From a virus: 64,000 bases of DNA. Below, piece by piece: positions 47,937-57,362 of the stretch; the first letter of the stretch is position 1; each line of letters opens with the position of its first letter. The notes under the pieces are model-generated. The model saw nothing but the letters and a program-made list of their open reading frames with translations, was not told the DNA's origin and ran no database searches. The stretch is taken from positions 1 through 64,000 of the IMG/VR virus record IMGVR_UViG_3300047470_000343. The stretch is one strand, 5' to 3'. A program made the translations under genes and the position numbers.

Positions 47937-48351
47937 TGACCTGCACCATTCCTCTCCGGGCAGCGGCCGCCAACATCTTGCGGTGGCCGGTCATACGGGG
48001 CTGCCGCGGGCTGTTCCCCTGGGGAACAGCGGCGGCGTCATCAAGGGCCGGCGGCCGGTGGACCGACACGGGCTCCTTGCGGCGCCTCTCCGCGGCGAGA
48101 ATCGACACTTCCTCGATCACCTGCGCCAGGAGTTCCTTGGTCACCGTCCAGCCACCAACGGGGGTGGACATGACGCAGGAGTCCTCCGGCAGTCCGTCGA
48201 GGAGTGACGTCAGTCGCCGGAGTCCGATGAATCCGGGCTGTCCTGGTCGGAGCCAGACTCGTCGGGCGTCGATGCGGTGGTAGCGGGAGAGGTCGGACTC
48301 GACGTCTGCGAATCGCTCGCGGAGGAGCCGCCCAGTCCGAAGAGCTTTCCC
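47929..48351 (-). CDS. tail assembly chaperone, -1 frameshift extension (gpT-like)
   Basis: Frame open from the GGGAAAG slippery site: DVESDLSRYHRID..LLDGLPEDS..GWT..ELLA. Confidence 0.8.
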   Translation of the reverse strand, partial: GKALRTGRLLRERFADVESDLSRYHRIDARRVWLRPGQPGFIGLRRLTSLLDGLPEDSCVMSTPVGGWTVTKELLAQVIEEVSILAAERRRKEPVSVHRPPALDDAAAVPQGNSPRQPRMTGHRKMLAAAARRGMVQVSG

Positions 48352-48764
48352 AGTTCCACCCCGTAGACCATGGCGAGGGCCTTGGTCAGGCGTACGTACT
48401 CGGGGACCGACGGCTTGTGCGCCTTGAAGTCCTCGAACGCGTCCTCGCCCAGGAGCGCCTTGTAGATCTCCTTCACCGCGGCGATGAGCTGGCCGGGAAG
48501 GTTGCCGTGCCGGAACACGAGATCGACGATGGCGCCGGTGCCGATGTCGCCCGAGGAGTTCATGGCCTCGCCGAGCAGCCCCATCAGATTGAGGTCGTCA
48601 TCCAGCAGCGGGTCCAGCGCATCGGCCGGGAGCTCCGCCGGGAACAGGAGATCCCAGTCGTCACGCACCTTCACGGTGATGCCGTGAGGGAACTTCACCT
48701 CACGCCGGTCGGCAGAGATGTCGATGGCGTACGTCGCGTCGGTCTTGGCCGTCTTGGCGGTCAT
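48210..48764 (-). CDS. tail assembly chaperone (gpG-like)
   Basis: GGAGG RBS; upstream of the tape measure; contains the slippery site. Confidence 0.8.
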   Translation of the reverse strand: MTAKTAKTDATYAIDISADRREVKFPHGITVKVRDDWDLLFPAELPADALDPLLDDDLNLMGLLGEAMNSSGDIGTGAIVDLVFRHGNLPGQLIAAVKEIYKALLGEDAFEDFKAHKPSVPEYVRLTKALAMVYGVELGKLFGLGGSSASDSQTSSPTSPATTASTPDESGSDQDSPDSSDSGD

Positions 48765-48875
48765 GGGTCGGGTCCTCCCGGTGGGTGTCGAAGCACCGGG
48801 AAGGTAGGAACCCTGATCGGCTTGCGTCTCGGGGTGCGCCGGACCGCCGGAATTCCGCACCTGGGCAAGATCGTT

Positions 48876-48902
48876 CCCGTGTCTCTCAGTGAGAGACACG
48901 GG
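48876..48902. repeat. 27-bp palindrome, parS-like site 1
   Basis: CCCGTGTCTCTCA-G-TGAGAGACACGGG. Confidence 0.8.
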
Positions 48903-49020
48903 CCGGGAAGCGCGCGGGCCGAGCTTCCCGCCGCGAGACATGACTCTTTCGGTTACAGCCCATGGGGGTCTGCCGCCTTGATAATCGTTCGGCTGGCAGA
49001 ATGCGAGCGATCTGTTCGCC

Positions 49021-49938
49021 GTGCCTGGAAGGGGCGACGTCGTGACCATCATGCCTATGTCAGCCGTAGATCTCGGCGTCGACTACGGGCTCTTCAGCCA
49101 CGTGACCGTCTTCGCCAGCGGTAAGGGAGGCGTCGGCAAGACCACCTTGACCGGCAACAACGCCACCCGGACCGCCAGCAAGGGAATCCCCACGCTGGCC
49201 ATCGACGCCAACGGCCAGGGCAATCTCCGGCGCGAGTTCGGCATGGCCGAGGGCGACAAGGGCGAGGCCTTCTACGAGGCCTTGAAGAACGGCACCCCGC
49301 TGGTGCCCATCAAGAACGTGCGCCCCAACCTCGACGTCGTCGTGGGCGGCAGCGAACTCCGACAGATCACCAGCCTGTTCATGGAGCTCGCGACGCGAGA
49401 GGGCCCCTACGCAGCCTTCTGCCGCCTCGCGCAGTGCCTGCAACCGCTGCTCCCGAACTACGGCGTCGTCTGGATGGACGCCCCGCCGGAGAACCCGAAC
49501 ATCCTCACCCTGTGCCTGTGCGCAAGCCGCTGGCTCGTCGCCCCGGTGAAGATGGACGTGTGCTCGCTGGAGGACGCGCTCAAGGACATCTCCGACGCCT
49601 TCCGCGCCGCGAAGCAGGTCAACCAGCTCCTCGAACTGCTGGGCGTCGTCCACTTCGGATCGCCGAACAAGTCGAGCAGCATCCACAAGGAAGTCGTCCA
49701 CGAGGCCCGCAAGATGCTCGGCGCGAACACCCACGTGTTCGACGAGACCGTTCACGCCTCCTCCAAGACCGCCCAGCTCGCCCGCAAGCTCGGCGTCTCC
49801 GTCTGGGAGCTCGAAGAGCTGAAGCGGCCCGAGGACAAGGGTTTTGAAGACACGATTGCCAAGCTCGCCAAGGCTCACGACAAGCTGACAACCGCGATGC
49901 TGCTGCGCATGAGGAGCCGACTGGAGATGGCCGCATGA
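49021..49938 (+). CDS. parA: ParA-family partition ATPase
   Basis: Deviant Walker A SGKGGVGKTT, IDANGQGN, MDAPP. Confidence 0.92.
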   Translation: MPGRGDVVTIMPMSAVDLGVDYGLFSHVTVFASGKGGVGKTTLTGNNATRTASKGIPTLAIDANGQGNLRREFGMAEGDKGEAFYEALKNGTPLVPIKNVRPNLDVVVGGSELRQITSLFMELATREGPYAAFCRLAQCLQPLLPNYGVVWMDAPPENPNILTLCLCASRWLVAPVKMDVCSLEDALKDISDAFRAAKQVNQLLELLGVVHFGSPNKSSSIHKEVVHEARKMLGANTHVFDETVHASSKTAQLARKLGVSVWELEELKRPEDKGFEDTIAKLAKAHDKLTTAMLLRMRSRLEMAA

Positions 49939-50822
49939 CCACGAACACCGAAGACGAGCGCGGCGAACTGGAAGACGCCTTCAACGGCACGGCGTCGCCC
50001 GAGGTGGACCCGTTCGCCTTCCTGAAGCTGGGGGGCAGCGGCCTCCCCGAGCAGCAGACCGGCGCCCCGGCGGCGGCCCCGGCCGCGGAGGTCGCAGTAC
50101 GCGCCACGGCCGAGGCCGCGATCGATCCCGAGCCGGAGGTCGATCCCGAGCCGCCGGCCGATGCGCCCAAGAGTGAGCGTCTCGCGTACTTCGAGGGCGT
50201 CGTCCACCGCGAACGGGAGCTGTTCAAGGACACCGTCGCTGCGGCCGATCAGCGGTTCGTGGAGCGGGCGAGTGGCCCGCTGTACGCGATCAACAGGGAG
50301 AGCCTGTATCTGGAGATGAGGTCGGACGCGACCGGGGAGCCGTTCACCCGGTTCCGGGACTACCTCCAGGAGCGATGGGGCATTTCCCGCGCCCACGGAT
50401 ACCGGATCCTCAACGAGTACCCGGTGATGACGGCCCTCGATGACTTGGCCCCGGACAAGCTCACCACCCGGCAGGTCCCGAAGCTGCTCGCCATCCTGCG
50501 CTCACGTGGCGCGGAAGATGTTCGCACCGTGTGGGAGCAGTCGGAGGAGAAGACCCCGGCAGGCTTGCAGGCGACCATCGACCGCCTTGGCTGGGGCGAC
50601 CCCGAAGCCGAAGCGCTCGATGACCTCAGCGAGTCCGACCGGGAACGCGTCGCGCTGGTGGACCGCTGGGACAAGGTGATGGAGACACTCGACCCTGCGA
50701 AGGCCCGGCAGCACCTGTCCCGCAACCCCGAGGACGCGCAGCGGCTCCTTGACCGGCTCAAGCCGTTTGTCGACGTCCTGGAAGAAGTCGCTCAGCTCCC
50801 GCCCGGCAAGGGCAAAAAGTAG
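49935..50822 (+). CDS. ParA partner, non-canonical HTH centromere-binding protein
   Basis: Coupled to parA; FRDYLQERWGISRAHGYRIL HTH; no ParB GxxR box seen. Confidence 0.7.
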   Translation: MTTNTEDERGELEDAFNGTASPEVDPFAFLKLGGSGLPEQQTGAPAAAPAAEVAVRATAEAAIDPEPEVDPEPPADAPKSERLAYFEGVVHRERELFKDTVAAADQRFVERASGPLYAINRESLYLEMRSDATGEPFTRFRDYLQERWGISRAHGYRILNEYPVMTALDDLAPDKLTTRQVPKLLAILRSRGAEDVRTVWEQSEEKTPAGLQATIDRLGWGDPEAEALDDLSESDRERVALVDRWDKVMETLDPAKARQHLSRNPEDAQRLLDRLKPFVDVLEEVAQLPPGKGKK

Positions 50823-50840
50823 CGCCGACCGCTGTCCGGA

Positions 50841-50913
50841 GCCCCGTGTCTCTCAGTGAGAGACACGGGGCTTTCCGCTTCCCCGGCCCGTGTCTCTCAC
50901 TGAGAGACACGGG
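50841..50913. repeat. 27-bp palindromes, parS-like sites 2 and 3
   Basis: Copies at 50843-50869 and 50887-50913, identical to site 1 except the central base of copy 3. Confidence 0.8.
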
Positions 50914-50919
50914 ACTCGA

Positions 50920-51513
50920 TCACCGCGCCGGAGCGAACGCCGGGTCGTCGGTGAGCAGGTACCAGGCGTCGGCGTCGTCGCCGCCCTGCACGGCCAGGCG
51001 CAGCGGCAGCACGGCCTCCTTCGACTTCTGGAGGTCCGACTGCACGCCCTCCATCTGCATGGCGCGCGGCACGACGTACCGGTAGTGCTTGCCGCCGTCG
51101 ATGACCTCGACCACGGCCGCGATTTCGCCGCGGCCGCCGACGCGAGGCGGCACGAACTTGTAGTGCTTCGGGGTGCCGCCGCCACCGGCAGGCGTGATTT
51201 CGGTGATCTCGCCGCCGCCGAACACCGCCGTGAAGTTGGCGCCGTTCCACTGCTGGAGGTCGACCTCGATCGTCGCCGCGTCCGAGGTCTGGAAGGTGCG
51301 CGACGGGTAGTCCGACTGCGCGCTCTTCACGGTCTCGAACTGGGGCTCTTCGTTGAACTTGAGCGAGTCCTCGGTGGTGAGGCCGACGCTGTACCAGCCG
51401 GAGCCCATGACGGCGGTTGCGTCCGCCGGGGCCGCGGTGCCGACGGGCGCAAGCCATACCTGGGTGCGTGCGGGGATGACGATCTGGGTGTTGTTCGTGA
51501 TGTCGCCACTCAT
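50920..51513 (-). CDS. major tail protein
   Basis: VWLAPVGTAAP..WYSVGLTTED pattern; position. Confidence 0.85.
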   Translation of the reverse strand: MSGDITNNTQIVIPARTQVWLAPVGTAAPADATAVMGSGWYSVGLTTEDSLKFNEEPQFETVKSAQSDYPSRTFQTSDAATIEVDLQQWNGANFTAVFGGGEITEITPAGGGGTPKHYKFVPPRVGGRGEIAAVVEVIDGGKHYRYVVPRAMQMEGVQSDLQKSKEAVLPLRLAVQGGDDADAWYLLTDDPAFAPAR

Positions 51514-51571
51514 GGCGGTGCTCTCCTCGGGCCGGGGTTAAAGGCCCGGCCACGATGGAGAGCGGGAGGGG

Positions 51572-51772
51572 TTACCGTCCCGGGCTCACCCTTGGCGCGG
51601 GCCCCAGGAGCGGCAGCGGGACGCCGAACGCGGCCGCCACGATCTGCCGGACACGGTCCCGTTCCAGGAACTCGGCGATCGTCCGCCGCGTGGCTGCGCA
51701 CACCGGATGCTGGAAGCGGATGACACGCACCGGCACCGGGAACTGCCAGACGTGGACTTCGTGCTCGGTCAC
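51572..51772 (-). CDS. small hypothetical protein
   Basis: GTG overlapping the upstream stop, with AGGAG RBS. Confidence 0.4.
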   Translation of the reverse strand: MTEHEVHVWQFPVPVRVIRFQHPVCAATRRTIAEFLERDRVRQIVAAAFGVPLPLLGPAPRVSPGR

Positions 51773-52212
51773 GGGCTCTCCTGCGGCGGGTGGATGGTGA
51801 GGAGCAGCCCGAAGATCCATCGGGGCTGACCGGTCTCCAGCGGCGAGTCGATGACCATGCCGGACGGCCGGACGGCCGAGAGAACGGGCTGACCGGGCGC
51901 GGGGTCCTGGTCGACGAGCTCCTTCGCCGCGAGCGCGCACACGAGCAGCGCACGCCGCAGCGCAGCCGGGCCGGGCCAGCCGCTCGGGTCGCCGATGAGC
52001 TCCAGCGACACGTTCGGCTCCGTCGCCCATCGCATGTCCCGCAGGTCTCCGCCGGGGCCGGCCGAGATCCGAAGGTGCGGCCACGGCGCCTCGATTGCGC
52101 CGGAGACATGGCCGGGCCCGCCGAGCACCTCTTGAACCTTGGGGTGCGCGGCGAGCCACGGCAGCAGCAAGCCGACCGGGTCGGCGTCGGCGAGCGCGTA
52201 CGGATCGGCCAT
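51769..52212 (-). CDS. tail terminator-like protein
   Basis: Size and position before the major tail protein; C-terminal QPRWIF. Confidence 0.6.
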   Translation of the reverse strand: MADPYALADADPVGLLLPWLAAHPKVQEVLGGPGHVSGAIEAPWPHLRISAGPGGDLRDMRWATEPNVSLELIGDPSGWPGPAALRRALLVCALAAKELVDQDPAPGQPVLSAVRPSGMVIDSPLETGQPRWIFGLLLTIHPPQESP

Positions 52213-52216
52213 GGGA

Positions 52217-52474
52217 TCAGCCGCGGGCGGCGTAGCCGTTGCGGCGGAGCTGACGGGCGTAGTCGGGGCTCACGAGCACCGTCGAGCCCGGCAGGTACTC
52301 CTTCGCCCCAATGCGCAGGTGATGCGCGAGGGTCAGCTTCTCCGGCTTCTGCCCCGGGCGCAGCGGCGGCCCGGCGATAGCCACGGTCTCCTCGGCGGGC
52401 GCTTCCGCCGGCGCTACGGTCTCGGTCGTCTTGGCGTCCGTCTCAGCGGGCGTCTTCCTGGTGTTGGTCGTCAT
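52217..52474 (-). CDS. small virion-associated hypothetical protein
   Basis: YLPGSTVLVSPDYARQLRRNGYA. Confidence 0.6.
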   Translation of the reverse strand: MTTNTRKTPAETDAKTTETVAPAEAPAEETVAIAGPPLRPGQKPEKLTLAHHLRIGAKEYLPGSTVLVSPDYARQLRRNGYAARG

Positions 52475-52521
52475 GAGGCAGAAGAGTGCCGACGCCGACC
52501 GCTACTGTCGCGCGCTGCGGG

Positions 52522-53052
52522 TCAGCGGCTCGCGGCGACTGCCGCCGCGGCCCGCGCCATGTAGAACACGCCCGGCGCGATCAGGTTCCCTGGGTAGACG
52601 GTGCCGACCTCCGCAGCCACAACCCAATCGCCTTCGGCGATCACCTTCACGGTCACGGTCGTCCCCGCCACCACGGGCGGCAGGGTACGGATGTTCTTGG
52701 AGATGCCGTCGGGGATCGTGTCCGCGCGGCACTCGCAGTTCTTCAGGTTGGCGACCGCGCGAGAGGACTCGTCCCGCGGGAACTTCATGTATGTCTTCGG
52801 CCCGACGCCGCGGTGGTCGCGGTCCCACTGCATGGAGTTGATCTCGAAGCGCAGGTTGTCGGGGCGCTCCTGGCCGTGCGCCTGAATGTGCGTGCGCCGC
52901 ATGTCGTGATCGGCGACGGTCACCCACTTCTTCGTCGGCGGAGCGAAGATCTTCGCCTGCCGCTCGACCCGGCGGCCGATCTCCTCGACCCGCGGGGCGA
53001 TCATCACCGCGAGGCGCTGCTCCAGCCCCGGCGATACATGGAACTTGGCCAT
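52522..53052 (-). CDS. neck protein (HK97 gp10-like) with inserted MuF-like motif
   Basis: AKIFAP..EVGT..YMARA frame enclosing KKWVTVAD..RRTH..HGQ..FPRD..NCECR. Confidence 0.6.
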   Translation of the reverse strand: MAKFHVSPGLEQRLAVMIAPRVEEIGRRVERQAKIFAPPTKKWVTVADHDMRRTHIQAHGQERPDNLRFEINSMQWDRDHRGVGPKTYMKFPRDESSRAVANLKNCECRADTIPDGISKNIRTLPPVVAGTTVTVKVIAEGDWVVAAEVGTVYPGNLIAPGVFYMARAAAAVAASR

Positions 53053-53381
53053 CACGGCACCTCCGGCGGGTTCAGGGTCGCGGTGACGGCGATGTAGTCG
53101 GCGGCCCCGTACCCGGGCACCGTCTTGTGCAGCGCGGTCACCACCGTCCACATGCGGGTGCCGTCCCCGATGACGTCACCGGGCCGGACCCGCCACGCCG
53201 CGGGATCCACCCGCAGCGTCCATGTCCCGTCCGACTGCTCGATGGCCGCGCCCGGCCACGTGCCGCGCGCGGCCGGCCGGGCGTCCGGCGGAGGGGGCAC
53301 GGGCACGCCGTGCGCATCACGCCCCCAGGGGTGATCGAGGACGTACACCGTGAGATCCCGGTCCGGGAGGAGGACGGCCAC
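53052..53381 (-). CDS. head-closure/head-tail joining protein
   Basis: Position; GRDAHGVP, VRPGDVI..WTV. Confidence 0.6.
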   Translation of the reverse strand: MAVLLPDRDLTVYVLDHPWGRDAHGVPVPPPPDARPAARGTWPGAAIEQSDGTWTLRVDPAAWRVRPGDVIGDGTRMWTVVTALHKTVPGYGAADYIAVTATLNPPEVP

Positions 53382-53384
53382 GGC

Positions 53385-54020
53385 TCAGCCCGCCACAGCC
53401 GTGACGAGAGCCTTGGAGATGCCCAGCTTCACCGCGGTCGCGTACGTCGTGAACGCCGTCGTGCGGTTCCCGCGGTTGGCCCGGTTCGTGTCGCCGCCGG
53501 TGAAGAACGCCTGTCGCTGCGCCGTGGTCAGCTCCAGTTGGACGCCCATGCCCCTGGTCGTGCGGTTGCAGATGTTCGCGGGGTCGTTGCCGTTCAGCTC
53601 CTCGGAGGCGACGCTCACCGTGAAACCGGCGTCTTTGAGGCACTGCCCGATCTGGTCGCGGAGGTTGTAGTCGGCGCCGCCGAGGAACGTCGCCGCGGTG
53701 GTGCCGCTCGCGCCGTGGAACGACACGGCGTGCGTGGCGGCCGCCGCCATCTTCAAGGCCTGCGCCTCGTCGTAGCGGGTCGACGTGACGTGCAGGTCAT
53801 CGTTGGTGCCCGCGGTCTTGAACCCGTCGAGGGCATAGAAATTGTGGATGTCTCCGGCGACGACGTCCGCGATCTCCTGAGAGCCGGGCTCGATACCGCC
53901 GCCGTGGATCGCGAAGCACACCAGTGTCGACACCTGGGAGAGTCGCCACAGCCGTTGAAAGTCGATGCCCTCGATCTGGGCGGCTGCCAACTGCGCGTAG
54001 GAGCTGTAGAGGTCGGGCAT
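53385..54020 (-). CDS. poly-gamma-glutamate hydrolase family protein (PghP/DUF867)
   Basis: AIHGGGIEPGSQEIA, LHVTSTRYDE, VSFHG, NICN..GVQLEL. Confidence 0.85.
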   Translation of the reverse strand: MPDLYSSYAQLAAAQIEGIDFQRLWRLSQVSTLVCFAIHGGGIEPGSQEIADVVAGDIHNFYALDGFKTAGTNDDLHVTSTRYDEAQALKMAAAATHAVSFHGASGTTAATFLGGADYNLRDQIGQCLKDAGFTVSVASEELNGNDPANICNRTTRGMGVQLELTTAQRQAFFTGGDTNRANRGNRTTAFTTYATAVKLGISKALVTAVAG

Positions 54021-54044
54021 CAATCCTGCCTTGTCGGGTCGGGG

Positions 54045-54914
54045 CTACCAGCGGGAGTAGCGGCGGCCGCCGTACGGCCATGGGCTTGCGGGGGCGGTGG
54101 CGATCGTCCGCCACAGGCGTTTGCGGTAGTCGCCCAGGGAGTCCAGCGTCGGCAGCGCACCGGCCTGCCCCGCTACCGGGGAGGCTTCGTAGCTGATCGA
54201 CTGGCCATCGGCCGACACCGAGGACACCCGGCGCCCGCCTGCGGCCGCTTCCCCGGCCGGGCTGTTGCGGTGCCGCTCAGCGGCGTGCGCCACCACGTAG
54301 CGGACGATCGGCTCTTCAGCGGCCGCGTTCAGGCCGACAAGGATCCGCACCGTGTACGTCTCGTCGTCGTTCTGCTCCCAGCCCGCCACGCTCACCGAGT
54401 CGTCCACGTCCGGGAGAGGCCAGGCGCGCGCGTCGGACAGCGGATAGAACGGGCGCAGCCCCACGTTCCGCAGCACCATCGGCTTCGGCACGAGCGGCCG
54501 CTTCAGGTACCCGGCGACGTCTGCCTGCGCCTTGGCCAGGCTGTCGCGGAAGGTCTCGCGCTGGACGGCGTCCAGCGGCAGCGGCACGCCGAGCTCGTCG
54601 GCGAGCTGCTCGGGTGAGGCGATCAGCCCGGTGCCCAGCGGCAGGTCCAGGCGCACAGTGCGGTCGGTGGCCGGGGAAGTCTCCGCCGCGGGAGTGAAAG
54701 CGACGGTGCACCAGTACCGGCCGTCAGGCAGGTTGTCAGGGATCGTGAACCGGTACTCGTTCTCACCGACACGCACGGCTGGGCCCGCGGTAGCCACCAC
54801 GGTCCCCGACCGGTCAGGAGCCGAGTACAGGTCGATCCGGCTGACCTCCCCGCCCTCGGGCTCGGGATCGCACAGCACCCCGCCCCACACGGGCCGGTAC
54901 AGGTACACCGCCAC
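54045..54914 (-). CDS. head-tail adaptor with N-terminal Ig-like domain
   Basis: ASPEQLADELG..AQADVAGYLKR; SVSADGQSISY. Confidence 0.65.
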   Translation of the reverse strand: MAVYLYRPVWGGVLCDPEPEGGEVSRIDLYSAPDRSGTVVATAGPAVRVGENEYRFTIPDNLPDGRYWCTVAFTPAAETSPATDRTVRLDLPLGTGLIASPEQLADELGVPLPLDAVQRETFRDSLAKAQADVAGYLKRPLVPKPMVLRNVGLRPFYPLSDARAWPLPDVDDSVSVAGWEQNDDETYTVRILVGLNAAAEEPIVRYVVAHAAERHRNSPAGEAAAGGRRVSSVSADGQSISYEASPVAGQAGALPTLDSLGDYRKRLWRTIATAPASPWPYGGRRYSRW

Positions 54915-54926
54915 AGTCCCTCTCCT

Positions 54927-55448
54927 CTACTCGCCGAGCTGCGCGCGCAGGGTGGCGACGATGTGCTCGGCGTCCTGGCGCTGGACTTCCGCACCGACCG
55001 ACAGCAGGAGCCGCGAAGCCGGCGTGCGGTAGGGGCCCATGCTGATGTGCTCGATCAGCCGCTTCGTGGAGCGCCAGACGTTGCCGTACGGCGGTACGGG
55101 CTCGAACACGCCGTCGGGGTCGGTAGGTGCGAGGCCGGTCAGCTCGTCGACGATGCAGTCGCCGATCTCCGCGGGCAGGAGGGCATCGGGGCCGACAGGC
55201 TTCGGCGGGGCCGTCGCCCTGGTCGGCGCGGGCGGGGCCTCCAGCGGAGCGACCTCCGGCGCCTTCGTCTCGACCTCGGCAGCGGAGACGGCCTTGTTCT
55301 CGATCTCGGCTGTGCCGGTCTCGGTGTCGTCCGCGACGGCCTTCGCCTCCGCCGGGGCAGTCTCCGCCTCGACTACGGGCACGGTCTCCTCTACGACGGG
55401 CGCGGGTTCCGCCGCGGCCGCAGCCTTGCGGGTTCGGGGTGTTGCCAC
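54927..55448 (-). CDS. hypothetical protein
   Basis: GGAGG RBS; acidic Ala/Pro-rich N-terminus. Confidence 0.65.
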   Translation of the reverse strand: MATPRTRKAAAAAEPAPVVEETVPVVEAETAPAEAKAVADDTETGTAEIENKAVSAAEVETKAPEVAPLEAPPAPTRATAPPKPVGPDALLPAEIGDCIVDELTGLAPTDPDGVFEPVPPYGNVWRSTKRLIEHISMGPYRTPASRLLLSVGAEVQRQDAEHIVATLRAQLGE

Positions 55449-55554
55449 AGCATCCTCCAGTTGAGCGGGGTTGGGGCGACACCCTGACCCGCGGGGTTCG
55501 TTTACGTCGCGCTGTGCCGTCCCCGGGGGTCCGGCACAGCGCGACCGTCAGGGG

Positions 55555-56037
55555 TTAGGAGTAGGTGAAGCCGTTCGTCTTGGTCACGGCCCCCGCGTCG
55601 TCGCCGACGATGACGTTCTTCGCACCGGCGGTACCGGCCGGAGTGGTGACCTGGATGGCCTCGGACGACAGGATCTTGAGGTTGGTGCCCGCCGTGCTGC
55701 CGAACTTGACGTCGGCGACGCCGTCGAGGTTCGTGCCGGTGATGGTCACCACCGTTCCGCCGGCGGCCAGGCCGGTGGCCGGGGACACCGTCGCGACGGT
55801 CGCCGCAGGGAACAGCTTGTCGATCTGCGACTGACGCACCACCTGCCCGGCCCGGAACATGATCGTCTTGATCGAGCCCTCGGGAGCGCGGTCACGGCTG
55901 TTCGTGGGGCGGGTGCCCTCGTCGAACCGGCGCGTGGCGTACACGTCCTGGGTGACGACCAGCTCGGGGTCGGATACTGCACTGGTCGGGAAGGCGGCCT
56001 TGGTGATGCGGGCACCAGCGGCGTTGTACAGGCCCAT
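55555..56037 (-). CDS. IPT/TIG (Ig-like) domain protein, probable virion decoration
   Basis: VSPATGLAAGGTVVTITGTNL..VKFG..TPAG..FTY. Confidence 0.85.
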   Translation of the reverse strand: MGLYNAAGARITKAAFPTSAVSDPELVVTQDVYATRRFDEGTRPTNSRDRAPEGSIKTIMFRAGQVVRQSQIDKLFPAATVATVSPATGLAAGGTVVTITGTNLDGVADVKFGSTAGTNLKILSSEAIQVTTPAGTAGAKNVIVGDDAGAVTKTNGFTYS

Positions 56038-56114
56038 GAGGAGCCCCTTTCTCAGGTGTGGTCGAGTGCCGCAGCGTGCCCGACGAGAGGCCCTACAGTC
56101 CCCGCCTGGGGCCG

Positions 56115-57362
56115 TCACAGGATGCGGAGGTCGTCCCACCCGTTCTTCGTGACGGAGAAGACCAGCAGACCCGGCTGGGACACCTCGCCCGAGCGCATCG
56201 CGTACCAGTCCGAACCGTTGTCCAGAGTCGGCGCCTGCACCCACAGCCGGCCCGCGCCGAGCTGCTGCGCACGGAAGTGGTGGAAGTGCCCGGACACGAG
56301 GATCCGGGCGTCCGCGATCGGCTGACGGCCGAACGTCTGCCCCTTCCACCAGTCCGGCGCCTTCTCCGGGCGGGCGTACTGGTGGCCGTGGTTGAGGCCC
56401 ACGACGGTGCCCGCCATGTCGAGGCTGACGGTGTCGCGCCAGGGCTCCGGCGTCACGAACGACACGTGCCCGTACGCGTTCTGGTTCTTGGCGTACGCGT
56501 CCGCGATCTGGCTCATGACCTCGATGCCCCAGTCGTCCTCCGGGGGCCCCACAGGGTCCTTCCCGCGCCGTACGCGGGCATGGTTGCTGCCGCACGTCGC
56601 GGCGACCACCCGAGGGAACGCTGTCGCGAGACGGTCCAGGCCCTCGAACGTCATCCGCCGGTGCACGCGCACCATCTGCGTGAGCGTCAGATCGTTGGTG
56701 AACGCCTGGCTCGCCACGTTCTCGAACCCCTCGATGCAGTCACCTGCGTCGAGCCAGTACGCGGAGTCGGGGGCGCGGCCGACCTTGCCGAGGTCACGGA
56801 CGTGGTCCTCAAGCCGGTCGAATCGCTCGGCGACACGGGCCACGAGTTCCTTGGTCCCGCCGTCCCGGCCGACCTTCCCGGCCTGCGGGTCGGCGTACAC
56901 CACGGCGAGCGCCCGCTCGGTCGTCTCGGCCGGAGTGCGGGGGGTGCGGCGGCGCCGCATCGCGTCCTTGATCAGGCTGTTGAGGTCTTCCGCGGACGCC
57001 CACCCGGGCGCCGACGGCTCGATCAGGTAGCGGCAGCGCCACACCGGCCGGGTCACGGCGTCCTCGCCCTGCGCGTCGCGATGCCACGCGGCCGGGTCGT
57101 GCCGGGCTTCCACCAGCCGGACCCGGTAGCCCTCGGGCACGACCAGGCCGAGCTCCTCCACCCGCGCACGCCACCCGAGTTCGTCCTGGCCCGGCGCCTC
57201 GGCGGCCGGCGCGGTGACGAGCATCGACCCGCCCGGCTCGTAGCGCACTCCGGGCTCCCAGCCCTTCGGCGCCGCGGTGGTGGGACGGGTCGTCTCCGGC
57301 GGTGTGGTCTGCTCCGCAGAGGCGGGCGCCAGGAGCGCATCTAGCTGTTCGTCAAGACTCAT
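56115..57362 (-). CDS. calcineurin-like metallophosphoesterase
   Basis: ADPQ, AGDCIEG, GSNH, HGHQ, SGHFHH. Confidence 0.85.
   Translation of the reverse strand: MSLDEQLDALLAPASAEQTTPPETTRPTTAAPKGWEPGVRYEPGGSMLVTAPAAEAPGQDELGWRARVEELGLVVPEGYRVRLVEARHDPAAWHRDAQGEDAVTRPVWRCRYLIEPSAPGWASAEDLNSLIKDAMRRRRTPRTPAETTERALAVVYADPQAGKVGRDGGTKELVARVAERFDRLEDHVRDLGKVGRAPDSAYWLDAGDCIEGFENVASQAFTNDLTLTQMVRVHRRMTFEGLDRLATAFPRVVAATCGSNHARVRRGKDPVGPPEDDWGIEVMSQIADAYAKNQNAYGHVSFVTPEPWRDTVSLDMAGTVVGLNHGHQYARPEKAPDWWKGQTFGRQPIADARILVSGHFHHFRAQQLGAGRLWVQAPTLDNGSDWYAMRSGEVSQPGLLVFSVTKNGWDDLRIL

Noticed and set aside
48876-50913. IS or transposon bounded by inverted repeats
   Set aside because: No transposase; each repeat is a self-palindrome and there are three copies, which fits binding sites better
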